From the NCBI RefSeq assembly GCF_033153115.1, contig NW_026889805.1:13082001-13146000 (forward strand): a DNA stretch of 64,000 nt, written 5' to 3'. The DNA is from Saccostrea echinata. Its lineage: Eukaryota. The first letter of the stretch is position 1, and every line of letters starts with the position of its first letter. Below the pieces are notes generated by a model, which was not told where the DNA came from, searched no databases, and saw only the letters and a list, made by a program, of their open reading frames with translations. The translations under genes were made by a program, and so were the position numbers. Positions 49,401-61,900 of this stretch are shown here, piece by piece.

Positions 49401-52400
49401 TTTTCTCCTGATGAAAAATGTTAACAATATGAAACTTTTCAGTAATAGTATTAAACTTAAGGTAATTCAGAAAAAGTCAAAAATCTTTATTGATGTAATC
49501 AGAAAGCATGATGAAAGATAATTAACTCTTGATTTTTTTAATGTTTTCAATTGATAAATAATGTAAACAATTTTAAACTTTTCAGTAATTAAGGTATATG
49601 TATCTGGTAACTATGTTTACCGAATACTCAGAGAGAGTTCGCCTCTCCTGCCAGGGTTCTCACTGACTCGAATTAAGAACGTCCCATTTGGCATGTTACC
49701 AAGCCTACGATTGGCAGTTTCTCTGTCCATTGGACCCACAAACCTAAATAAAGTAAAACATATTGCATTCTATTTCAATGGTTTTTGCAAGGAATTGATT
49801 CTAATTAATACAAATCATTTTTTTTTAATCTAGAATTTGCAATGAATCTTAGTCAATGTAATTTCTAATGGATAATTTTTCCCTGTTTGAATACTTTTAA
49901 AGCTGTATGATCCCATCTTTTTGATCTCAGATAAAAATTATTTACCACCATCATTCATTTACAGTGTAAGTTCCTATTTTTCCAGAAATTACATACTCTA
50001 GTTCACATCTGTTCCAGAGAAAAAGAAATTGGAAGGTTAAAAAAAATTATCATTGTGGTTCTACAATGAATTATTCAACTGTTGATAATACACATTCTCA
50101 CTAAATAGTTTCACTTCAATCGTAAACATGAGATTTCACGAGTGCATATTAATGAGTTGAGGAAAGCTTGTTAATTTGACGAAATTGCGAGACAAGAGAT
50201 GAAGAGCAATGACCGAACAGTCTACTTAATTGAGTAAACTAAATTCTTGAACATGGCACGAGGTAAATAAATAGGTGCTAAACTATGAAATTCTACCCAG
50301 TAAACAAAAAATAATACACGTTTTTCCTCGTCATACTTTTGAAAGGTCGCACAATCATTCTCTAAAGATCTTTATGCTGAATATTCATAGTTTTTGTTTG
50401 CAAGCAAAGAATTATTTCTTTAAATACAACTTAGGCACAAAACATAAGATAATTGGAAAGGATATTTTTTGTTATTTGAATTTATGTTAAACAGACCTAG
50501 ACGATAATATTCATAAGTAAACTAGATGTGTCGACAATGCCCCCACAAGCAGCCAAAATTTAAAATGTGATATTTAGTTTTAAATTTGTATTCAAACTTG
50601 ACCCATATTTTCTGGTAAAATACCTGCATATGCAATTTCAACCTTTTACAAATATCCCTACAAAAGTTAGAGAGTAGAAACTGAAAATTTCTTATTTTTT
50701 CTAAGTTCAAGAGGGATAACTCTGTCAAAAATCATTGGACCACGATGAAATTCAAATTTGACCTCTATTTTCTGGTATAATACCTGCACATGCAATTTCA
50801 ACTTTACACATACATCCCTACAAAAGTTAGAGAGCAGAAAATGAAAATTTCTTATTTTTTTCTACGTTCAAGAGGGATAACTCTTTCAAAAATCAGCGGA
50901 CCATGACCAAATTCGAACTTGATCTGCGTATTCCTATGACATATCCACGTCAAATTTGAGTTGAATAAGTGCAACTGTTGCAGAGATAATGAACAGAAAG
51001 TGAATGATGACAGAATGACAGAACAGGGTAACACTATATGCCCCGGCCAATGGCGGGGGCATAAAAATACTCAACACTTAGGGACCATACAGCTTTAAAT
51101 CTGAAACTCTCTTGGTTCATGAATTCATACTTCATGACAAACAACACTGCAGAGATATGCCTGACATACCATTTATAGACATTGAGCTGACTGGACATTC
51201 CATCGTTATCCACATTAACATAGGGTACATTGTTAGCGGGGGAGTGAGGACGGGGAGGGGATACAATACTGGGTGTTCCGTTCTCATTTCTAGGCTTTAT
51301 TTTCACATCCAAATACGACGGCTTTCTGCGGATCTGATGACAATAAAAAGCTGGTTACAAACATGTATATCACATTCATATATATAAACAAGCCCATCAA
51401 TACATACGAGCTCAACTTGCAGTTGACATTCAAATGAAATCTCAGCAGCAAAATACAATAAATCACAGTCTGGTCACCAACACACATAAACAAAGGAATT
51501 ATGCTGATACATCCATCAAAATGGTGTATTTTATTCATAACAGAGCTGGAGGTACATATATGTCACTGTGTGTGCCTTTTAACAGTTTCTAACACAGAAA
51601 AATTGGGGAATAGTTGTTGTTGGGTTGTTGGATAGGAATAATTTCAATTAATGTCTGTAAAATGTTTATTAATACAAATAATTCACATGCTGAAAAGGGG
51701 AAGGGGGGTGATAATACTGCTTAAGCTTCATGCTTTCTCAAAAAATTCAATTAAAAAAACCTACCAAACTGCATTACCATCATACGCTTTATTTTTCTGT
51801 TTCAAAAACAAATTCAGCAAAGTATTTTGGTTTACTTTGTTTTAAAAGTATGACAGCATCCAAATATCAATTTGCAACTCCAGACACAGTTACTAGATTG
51901 ACTTAACAGATATTTAAGTGCCACAGAACATGTTATCTTACCCTTGGATTTTCCTCTTGGACAAGTTGTGAAGGGAACCAGCCTTCATCTCCATTCAGCA
52001 GTCCCTAAAAATTGTAAAAAGATGTTTACCAACAAAATTAATCCTTCAACAGCTTACAGACGGCTATAAAAGTGTTCCTATCAAAAGTGTAACTATAGCA
52101 ATTTAATTTCTGAAATCAACTTGATGATTTTTGTTTTACAGGTATAATTTCAATGTTGTAAACACTTACCTTCCACCACTGAGCGTCATTATTCAGTAGC
52201 TTTATCACATCATCCTTCTCAAAGCGCAAGGCTGGGCGGCCGGCCCCAGGGTTAGGATTGCCATTGTAATTACAAAGAGCTCGGACCTGCCCTGTAAGGT
52301 CACATATATTTACATTCAACACCATAAAACAATGTGTACATGTGTAAGCTATATATTGAAGGAATACATATGAATCTGAGAGGTTGCATTCCATTCATAC

Positions 52401-55400
52401 AAAACAATAAAAGAACTGAAGATAAGTTAACCATGCTTCCCACAAAACCTTCTTCTAGGAAACAGTGAAATCAGGTGAAATATACTCATTTGTTCAAATT
52501 AAGGAAACCAAAGAGAAAATAGCATGAGTGATGAATATAGCAAGCCTATGATACTGATGTGTTTTAATGCAAAGTGTGAACAAAATAAAATAAATGTGTA
52601 CATAAGTATGGATGTACACTTTACATCAATCATCGCAAAGAACTACGCACGCTAACTCTCGATTCCCGCCTACATTTTACACCCATTTAATTTAATACTA
52701 ATGGCAATTTGGCTGTAAAATCTTTGTTGAATGCAAAGAACAGTTCAATGGTAATTGACGGATAATTTAAATTCCAGTGTTAAATAGTTAATTACCCCTA
52801 ATTCCAGCTCTTTAAATAAGGGGGGTAGACGATATTTTTCATTGAAATCCGGCTTTAAAGCATCACCACATTTTAAAATATTCTTGGATGTGAATAAATG
52901 TTCCTTAAATCTTTTCTTATGTTTTACTCATATAAAATTAAACATATATTATTAATAAAATACAATGTTTTATTTGTAAACTCCTTTAAAATTGGTGAAA
53001 AAATAAGCATTTTGGTAGTTTTTTGTCTGTAAACATATGTTCCCCCCCGTGAAACACAAAAAGCTTTGGTATGAATTTGTGAAATGACAGTCCATATTAC
53101 CTGTAAAAAGGAATTTTTGTTTCACGGGGGGGAAAAGATGTTTTAAAAATATTTTCCGTTTTCCGTTGATTTCTATAGTGAAAAACACAAGTTTTACCAA
53201 AATTATAGAGTTATCTCTCTTTGTTTTCCCAAAGAAGTAATGTTTTATGAAAATTCATATAAATATCTATATAGATATGAAAAATCGTTCAAATGTGTTA
53301 ACTTTTGAAAATTGACTCGGAGGTAGGCGGGAGAACAATACTATCGTTCGCAGTTCTTAAAGCAAATTAAGTGGAAAACTGAAAACTTGATATACTATGT
53401 GCTGGAAAAGATGATTTCATGCTATGCATTGAGAAGCATGAATTTGCGCAATAAAATTTAAGTACTTGGCACTTGGTAGCTTAAAAACAGTTTTAGGTAG
53501 TATTCTTTAAATTCTTTAGCACATAAGCATCTTATACATGTTGTCAGTAAATTTATTCACTCTAATGAACACCTACTAACTTCTATCTGATATACGAACT
53601 TTTACATCAAAATCTGTCCAAAACTTTGCAAGACTAAAGACTACAAGACAAAAGGAATCAAAAGTCCCATCAAATTTATCAGTAAATAAAATAAAAATTG
53701 TAACACCTACTATTACGCTTTTTTTTTATTTATTCAAAATATTGACAAATTTGATACTAGGTATGTCAAATCCTGTGGTACAGACAGAAACCTTATGTTG
53801 ATTTACTCCCATCCTATCAATCAGTGGTTATTCATTAACTCTAAACAGTTAAATAATGATTCCCGATCAGATTTTTCAAATGTACAAACATGTTAAACTT
53901 CTCTATACCAGGAACATAATGGGTTGTCTCAGAATAGCCAAACCCTACAGGGAATTTTAACATTTAGAAAAAGCTACATTTTGCAGGGAAGATGGAGGAA
54001 AGAAAAAGTGGAAGAACTTACTATGCTGTATATGAGTGGGCGACCTCCCTACAATGTGTAATGAAGTGGAAAAAATGTCAAATGTATGAACAAACTCCAC
54101 GTAGAAAGACAAATGTGGAATAAATGAACAATTGTGCAGCTAGCTTGTTATGCAGAATATGAACAATTCTGAAACATTCTATGCTGTAAACAGGCTAAAT
54201 TGGAAGATTTATTTCACATACCTGTGAAAAAAATTCTTAAAATTGTCAAAATTAACATGTAAAAAATTATTGCTAATAATCATCCTTCCATTATCAAAAT
54301 CATCTACTGTAATTACACATCAATATATATATATATATATAATTATATATATTTGATGCCGTAGAGTTATTGTAACATTCTAGAAATACCAACATTTTTA
54401 AATTCTAAAATATTTATAAAAGTAAATAATACTGTCAATAAAATCATGCCCAATAATCAGAGGGAAAGTCAGGTTTAATCTATAGAGGAAATCTGTATTC
54501 CTTTGATGTACAAAGAGGCAAAGATTTGAATTTTCTCTTGAAGGGAGGTTGATATTCTTGATACACAATATCATCAAGAAATGAAAAATTTATTATTTGA
54601 AGAAAAAAAAAATTCATTCACAAAACATTCTAGAGTTTCTGCTTAAATCATGCACTAATATCTGCTTTAAGCCCCTTTTACAAACCAGAAATCTATACCT
54701 ATAAAACAACATATGCCATTAACATGCAGCATGTACACAAAATGAATAAACACTGCCTCCCTGAAATGAGTACAGATTTGGCCATGCCATTTTGAATATA
54801 CCAGTAAGGAGTACTGAAAAAGACATGACAATCATACCCAGGACTGCTAAGTAATCATGCAATCAGTCATGCAATAAAACGACTTACGTTCATAAATTAT
54901 ACTAGTGGTTCGTCTACTCTCAAAGCGTGATATTGAACTACTATCCCTGATTGATAGTGATCTACGACGTTCATGAACCACATCCAAAGTTCTAAATGTT
55001 TCTGCACAAACCAAGCATAAAGAATTGTTCTAGCATAGAAATAAAGACTATAATGACTAGTTAATGCTCAATTTTGCATTGTGTGTACAAAGAGGATGCT
55101 CTTTCAATATGCATAATACACATTTTCAGGTAAGATGATATGAAATGGCAATCTAGGTGATAAATTTTCTTTAAAAAATGTGCAGAATTCACCCTCTGAG
55201 TGTTTCTATGTAGTGTGTAACATAATCTGAGGGGAAAACTCATGTGTAGCATGCTGGGAAGTGATGATTACAGTCAACAACAATACAGTCTTGGAAGGGA
55301 GAGGCCATTATGGTGAACAGCTTACCTATCACTCGAGCTGGAATGGGTGGGACTGAAAAATAAAAAGAGGAAATTTCACAAAAAAATCTATATGGCTAGG

Positions 55401-58089
55401 GATCCAAGAAAACTTTACTATATCCAAGATATCTGAGAATTTGCAATATCTGTCTTCATCCTAAACAAGTTTTACTGTAACCTTTCATTTCCATTACATG
55501 TATTAAAGTTCTGGATAAACATTGGTTCAAGGGGATTTAATTTCATTGCTGAAGAAAAAACATCAAAAATATTTTGTGGGGGGTGGGGGGGCATAAATTC
55601 ATGGGTCTCTTCAGACAAAAAAAAAACAATGAAAATTAGACCCCTTCAAAAATTAGTGATTTCATGGTAATCACATGTCAAAATCCTTTCAATTAAAAAG
55701 TGGTGTTATTAGGTACATTATAACCTGTTGACTTTGAGAATGTAACATAGAGGGTAGAATTTTTCCTCCACAGGTGAGCCCTCAGATAAATCTTACCTCG
55801 ACTGCCGGCATTTGGAGGTTTGCCAATGCATTCCTTATGTACAGCGATATCACTTCCTGGATCTGAAAACACAAACAAACCAGGAAGTAACCTGTGACAG
55901 TTCTACTATTGCAGGGTAGATTGTATAGTTAGAAAAATCTTATTCTCTTCCTTCAATTGAATGCTGGTATGTCAGGTTATCACAGTAAATCAATTTTTGT
56001 AGATTTATCTTCAAAAGTACTCTTAACCCTGACACTTTTGGCAAAACAAACAAAGCAAAAAAGGAAAAAAAAATATTCAAAATTTAGTCATACCTGTACA
56101 CTTGTAACCCTGGAAAAACACACCTCTGGAAAAAAGTCAATGAAAATGCTAATAAAAACAGAAATCAATCTTTGAAAATACACTTAACAAAAGCTTTTTT
56201 TTTCTTTTAGTTTCAATATACAGCATTATAATTTTTCCCCTTTAAAATATGCAGTTTTGACTTAATACTAATGAAAAATCAACACTGAGAATACAGTAAT
56301 TACCTCCACTAAGGATTATACCTGGTATATAAGGGTGGGGTGGGAGTGAAAATATGATGATAAAAAGGTTTTGGCTTGATAATGAGAAATAACAAAATAA
56401 AAATTTAAGAATAATACTTATTGCTTACTTAAAGCAACATCATAATATTTATCAAATTAACATTATACTGATGTTATTCTCAAAGTATCTGTGAAAATAT
56501 TTAAGTATCAATTTGTATTTACATGCAGTAATGATAAAAACATTTATTTTTAATATACCGGTAAATATTTCTCCCTCTCTGTTCCCAAGAAATTCAACAG
56601 AACTATTTTCCAACAAATTTAAGGAGTTATCTCCCTTTGCACATTCTTACATGTACCCTATAACCTAAACCCCATCAAGCTAACTAACAAACTAAAAATT
56701 AGCATTTTAATTATGTTGTACCACCAATCATGAAACAATATACCAAATCAAATCTGAATGGAATAAATGTATGCAGTTATTAGGAAAAACAGGAAATTTG
56801 TGCTAGTAGAATTAGACATGCACTGGACAGAGAGAGTGATTATTGTAGGACACCGCTAAACATTTGTTTAAATAAACAATACTGGGTTTATAAGCTTGTT
56901 GTCTAGGAGTCTGTATATATACACTGTACCTCAGAAGTTTATGACACACACTGCATTCAGTGGGCTGTTCAAATGTGTGCATCACATAATTTATCCCTTG
57001 TGGAGGGGAAGCATTCTCTCTGGAAATAAAAGAGAACATTGTTCAATTGAAATATATTTATGAATTACTGTATTTCCTATAACTTCTATGATAATATTAG
57101 CAAAAGAAAAGATAAATTACTCTATACATGTACCTTCTCCCTATTTAACACTGAGAAATTACTTAAAAATGCATTTGAAGTGGTGAAGCACATAAACAAA
57201 TTTTCGAAAAATCATTTATCAATTTGATAGATATATGGAGGTAAGTGCTGCAAAATAAACATCATTTTACCAACTAACTTCTTAATAATTAATTATTTTT
57301 TTATTTTATTTTATTTTTAATACTTTATCAGTTAAAAAAAATAATAAATCCAGATTTAATCATCAGAAAATAAAGTGTTACTACCACCTTGTAAATTACC
57401 AGGTGTAATTTTCATGTTTTTCATTATCATGAACAATTGGTACTGCTTCCTTTGGGTTGTATCTCATTATATAACATTTGACAATAAATTCATTTTCATT
57501 AAACAGAAATTCATAGGGGAAAAAAAATCTTCAAAAATGATCAATTCCTTAATATACAGCTATTATGCTGATGTCTTCTTTAACTACTTAACAATAAATA
57601 TATTTCACTGTTAATGAATCAAACTATTGAAATATACTGCTTCTAATAACAATCTACTAAGTGTATATTAGTGATGGGAATCGGTAAAAATTTTATATCA
57701 ATGATTGGGATACCGATCTAACTAATTATGGATTATAATTTGTCTATCCGTCTGCAGCATTACCATACTCAAATAAGTTAAAAGATAAGGTGCTGCTGGA
57801 AATATATGGCTTAAAAAATATTACGTTTGTAAAATAAAAATATAAACCGATTCATGGGAATAAAAATTCTGTAATCGAGCGCTTGGATTATCCCAGCAAT
57901 CAACTGATTTTCGATTATAATCGAATATTGGAACACCACTAGTGTATACAGAATTTATAGTGTTATTTTAGATACATACAATGCCAGTTTTATTGCATCG
58001 ATCCATTTGGCCCTCATATCCTCTGTTTTGGCATAGAATGTAAATGCATTTGAGCCATCTTTCTTTGCCATTATAAATGAACTGGTCCA
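46423..58089 (-). CDS. VAV: Vav guanine nucleotide exchange factor, 3' part (end of PH, C1, SH3, SH2, SH3); CH/DH exons lie beyond the right edge
   Basis: Exons: 58089-57980 (PH, FYAKTEDMRAKWIDAI); 57019-56930, 56125-56094, 55862-55797 (C1, CSVCHKLLRGVFFQGYKC...HKEC); 55352-55326, 55001-54888, 54048-54022; 52291-52170, 52004-51942 (N-SH3); 51333-51170; 49743-49621 (SH2, GTFLIRVS); 47786-47696 or 47263-47176; 46998-46896; 46787-46633, 46470-46423 (C-SH3, GYFPLAYV...DDD*). The domain order is diagnostic of Vav. Confidence 0.92.
47176..47263 (-). CDS. VAV: Vav SH2 alternative exon B (mutually exclusive with A)
   Basis: tag|A NNSVQHIKVRKDEEGFYRLSMDKNFKTVK |gtgaga; 88 nt, phase 2 to 0; homologous to exon A. 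Confidence 0.8.
47696..47786 (-). CDS. VAV: Vav SH2 alternative exon A
   Basis: tag|G YDNQVRHIRVEKNAEGLFYLADTKFFSSLP |gtgagt; 91 nt, phase 2 to 0. Confidence 0.85.
48545..49242. mobile_element. TTAA-flanked MITE in a Vav intron
   Basis: ttaaggggggccgacta ... agtcagctccctttaa. Confidence 0.5.
50519..51067 (-). mobile_element. HINE-like element with ~140-bp internal repeats
   Basis: aaactagatgtgtcg...atgcccc and terminal hairpin atgccccggccaatggcgggggcataaaa; repeated tccctacaaaagttagagag...gaaaatttcttattttt. Confidence 0.65.
52638..53360. mobile_element. MITE with imperfect TIRs
   Basis: aagaactacgcacg...tcccgcctac mirrored by gtaggcggga...cgttcgcagttctt. Confidence 0.6.
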
Positions 58090-58284
58090 CTGTAAAAAAA
58101 AATTACAAACCTTAATACACAATGCATTAGATTCTCAAATTCAAACATTTCAGAATGAGCAATTAAGCTCTATATCATTTTAAAACTGTTGTTTATGATT
58201 TGTAAATGTATGATCTGTATACATTTCAACTGCTCTGTTTAAATTTTATCTCCATTATTGTCTAATGTCTACTGTAATGCTCAA

Positions 58285-58500
58285 AGTAGACCACAGATAC
58301 CACTAACAAATGTCCAAATCATGAAATGATTAGCATCTCAAAGTTGGTCATAGATACCACTAACAAATGTCCAAATGATAAGCATGCCACAAAACTGGGA
58401 GTAGTCTCAATGTAGGTCACAGATACCATTAACAAATGTCCAGATGATATGCATATGACAATACATGGAGTATTCCTAGAGAAGGTCACCGATACTGCTA
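58285..58500. repeat. Short degenerate tandem repeat (~55-70 bp, ~4 copies)
   Basis: Recurrent ggtcacagataccactaacaaatgtcca. Confidence 0.6.
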
Positions 58501-58929
58501 TCTAAAACGCTACAATGTTGTAATTGACTTTCATTTTCCCATCCACAACAACACATCCAATGTGTTTACACTGTACTCCTCCTCCCTAACCACAAACACA
58601 TGTACCTAACCTCTGACACATTCCATCTATAACCCTTCACATCTCTCTCTTACATCTGCCCCATCATAACCCCCCAACTACCCCACGGGCAGCTCTTTCT
58701 TTGGGTGCATACATTGAACCCCCCATTTCTCCTGAGGTGTTCACATAAAATCCTCTTCTCTCATTCCCATTAGATGCAATTCCTTTCCCCTATTTCTACA
58801 AGTCATTTACATAAACATTCTCAATCAATCTACTATTAATACTTTGATTTTCACATGTTTAATACCTTGTCCTATAAGGTGAGCACATCAACAATTAACA
58901 TTAACCCCCATCAACAATCTCTTAGTTTT

Positions 58930-61900
58930 AGATGTGCACAAAGTTTACCCTCCCATCTCTTAATTTTGGATGTGTATGATATTTCCCCTCCCATCTCTTA
59001 CTTTTGAATGTGTACAATGACCCCCTTCCATCTGTTACTTTATGTTGGATGTGTACAATGTTCCCTCTCCCCTCTCTTACTTTGTGTGGGATGTGTACAA
59101 TGTTCCCTCTCCCATCTCTTACTCTGTGTTGGATGTGTACAATGACCTGCCTCCCATCTCTTACTTTGTGTTGGATGTGTACAATGACTCCCTCCCATCT
59201 CTTACTTTATGTTGGATGTGTATAATGTTCCCTCTCTCATCTCTTACTTTGTGTTGGATGTGTACAATGTTCCCTCTCTCATCTCTTACATTGTGTTGGA
59301 TGTGTACAATGTTCCCTCTCCCATCTCTTACTTTGTGTTGGATGAGTACATTGTTCCCTCTCCCATCCCTTACTTTGTGCTGGATGTACAATATTCCCCC
59401 TCTCATCTCTTACTTTTGGATGTGTACAATGACTCCCTTCCATCTCTTACTTTGTTTGGATGTGTACAATGACTTGCTTCCATCTCTTACTTTGTGTTGG
59501 ATGTGTACAATATTCACCCTCCCATCTCTTACTTTGTGTTGGATGTGTACAATGTTCCCCCTCTCATCTCTTACATTTGGATGTGTACAGTGACTCCCTT
59601 CCATCTCTTACTTTGTGTTGGATGTGTACAATGACTCACTTCCATCTCATACTTTGTGTTGGATGTGTACAATGACTCCCCTCCCATCTCTTTGTGTTGG
59701 ATGTGTACAATATTCACCCTCCCATCTCTTACTTTGTGTTGGATGTGTACAATGTTCCCCCTCTCATCTCTTACTTTTGGATGTGTACAGTGACTCCCTT
59801 CCATCTCTTACTTTGTGTTGGATGTGTACAATATTCACCATTCCATATCTTACTTTGTGTTGGATGTGTACAATGTTCCCTCTCCCATCTCTTTGTGTTG
59901 GATGTGTACACTATTTCCCCTACCATCTCCTACTTTTGGATGTGTACAATGACCCCCTTCCATCTCTTACTATATGTTGGATGTATACAATATTCCCCCT
60001 CCCATCTCTTACTTTGGATGTGTACAATGTTCACCCTCCCATCTCTTACTTTTCGATGTGTACAATGTTCCCTCTCTCATCTTATTTTTGGATGTGTACA
60101 ATGACTCCCTCCCATCTCTCACTTTATGTTGGATGTGTATAATGTTCCCTCTCCCATCTCTTACTTTGTGTTGGATGTGTACAATGTTTCCTCTCTCATC
60201 TTATTTTTGGATGTGTACAATGACTCCCTCCCATCTCTTACTTTATGTTGGATGTGTATAATGTTCCCTCTCTCATCTCTTACTTTGTGTTGGATGTGTA
60301 CAATGTTCCCTCTCCCATCTCTTAATTTGTGATGGATGTGTACAATATTCACCCTCCCATCTCTTACTTTGTGTTGGATGTGTACAATGTTCCCCCTCTC
60401 ATCTCTTACATTTGGATGTGTACAGTGACTCCTTTCCATCTCTTACTTTGTGTTGGATATGTACAATTACTCCCTTCCATCTCATACTTTGTGTTGGATG
60501 TGTGCAATGTTCCTCCTCCCATCTCTTACTTTGTGTTGGATGTGTACAATGTTCTCCCTCCTGTGTCTTACTTTTGGATGTGTACAGTGACTCCCTTCCA
60601 TCTCTTACTTTGTGTTGGATGTGTACAATGTTCCCCCTCTCATCTCTTACTTTTGAATGTTGGATGTGTACAATGACTCCCCACAATCTCTTACTTTGTG
60701 TTGGATGTGTAGGATGTTCCCTCTCCCATCTCTTTGTGTTGGATGTGTATAATGTTCCCTCTCCCATCTCTTACTTTGTGTTGGATGTGTACAATGTTCC
60801 CCCTCTCATCTCTTACTTTTGAATGTTGGATGTGTACAATGACTCCCCACAATCTCTTACTTTGTGTTGGATGTGTAGGATGTTCCCTCTCCCATCTCTT
60901 TGTGTTGGATGTGTATAATGTTCCCTCTCCCATCTCTTACTTTGTGTTGGATGTGTATAATGTTCCCCCTCTCATCTTACTTTTGGATGTGTACAAAAAC
61001 TCCCCTCCATCTCTTTGTGTTGGATGTGTACAATGACCCCCTCTCCCATCCCTTACCTTGTGTTGGATGTGTACAATGTTCCCCCTCCCATCTCTTACAT
61101 TGTGTTGGATGTGTACAATGTTCTCTCTCCCATCTCTTACTTTGTTTTGATGTGTGCAATGTTCCTCCTCCCATCTCTTACTTTGTGTTGGATGTGTACA
61201 ATGAATCCCTTCCATTTCATACTTTGTGTTGGATGTGTACAATGACTCCCTACAGTCTCTTACTTTGTGTTGGATGTGTACAATGTTCCCCCTCTCATCT
61301 CTTATTTTTGAATGTTGGATGTGTACAATGACTCCCCACAATCTCTTACTTTGTGTTGGATGTGTAGGATGTTCCCTCTCCCATCTCTTTGTGTTGGATG
61401 TGTATAATGTTCCCTCTCCCATCTCTTACTTTGTGTTGGATGTGTATAATGTTCCCCCTCTCATCTTACTTTTGGATGTGTACAAAAACTCCCCTCCATC
61501 TCTTTGTGTTGGATGTGTACAATGACCCCCTCTCCCATCCCTTACCTTGTGTTGAATGTGTACAATGTTCCCCCTCCCATCTCTTACATTGTGTTGGATG
61601 TGTACAATGTTCTCTCTCCCATCTCTTACTTTGTTTTGATGTGTGCAATGTTCCTCCTCCCATCTCTTACTTTGTGTTGGATGTGTACAATGAATCCCTT
61701 CCATTTCATACTTTGTGTTGGATGTGTACAATGACTCCCTACAGTCTCTTACTTTGTGTTGGATGTGAAAAATGTTCCCTCTCCCATCCCTTACTTTTGG
61801 ATGTGCACACTGTTCCCTATCTCATCTCTTACTTTGTGTTGGATGTGTACAATATTCCCCGATCTTATCTTACTTTTGAATATGGACAATGACTCCTCTC

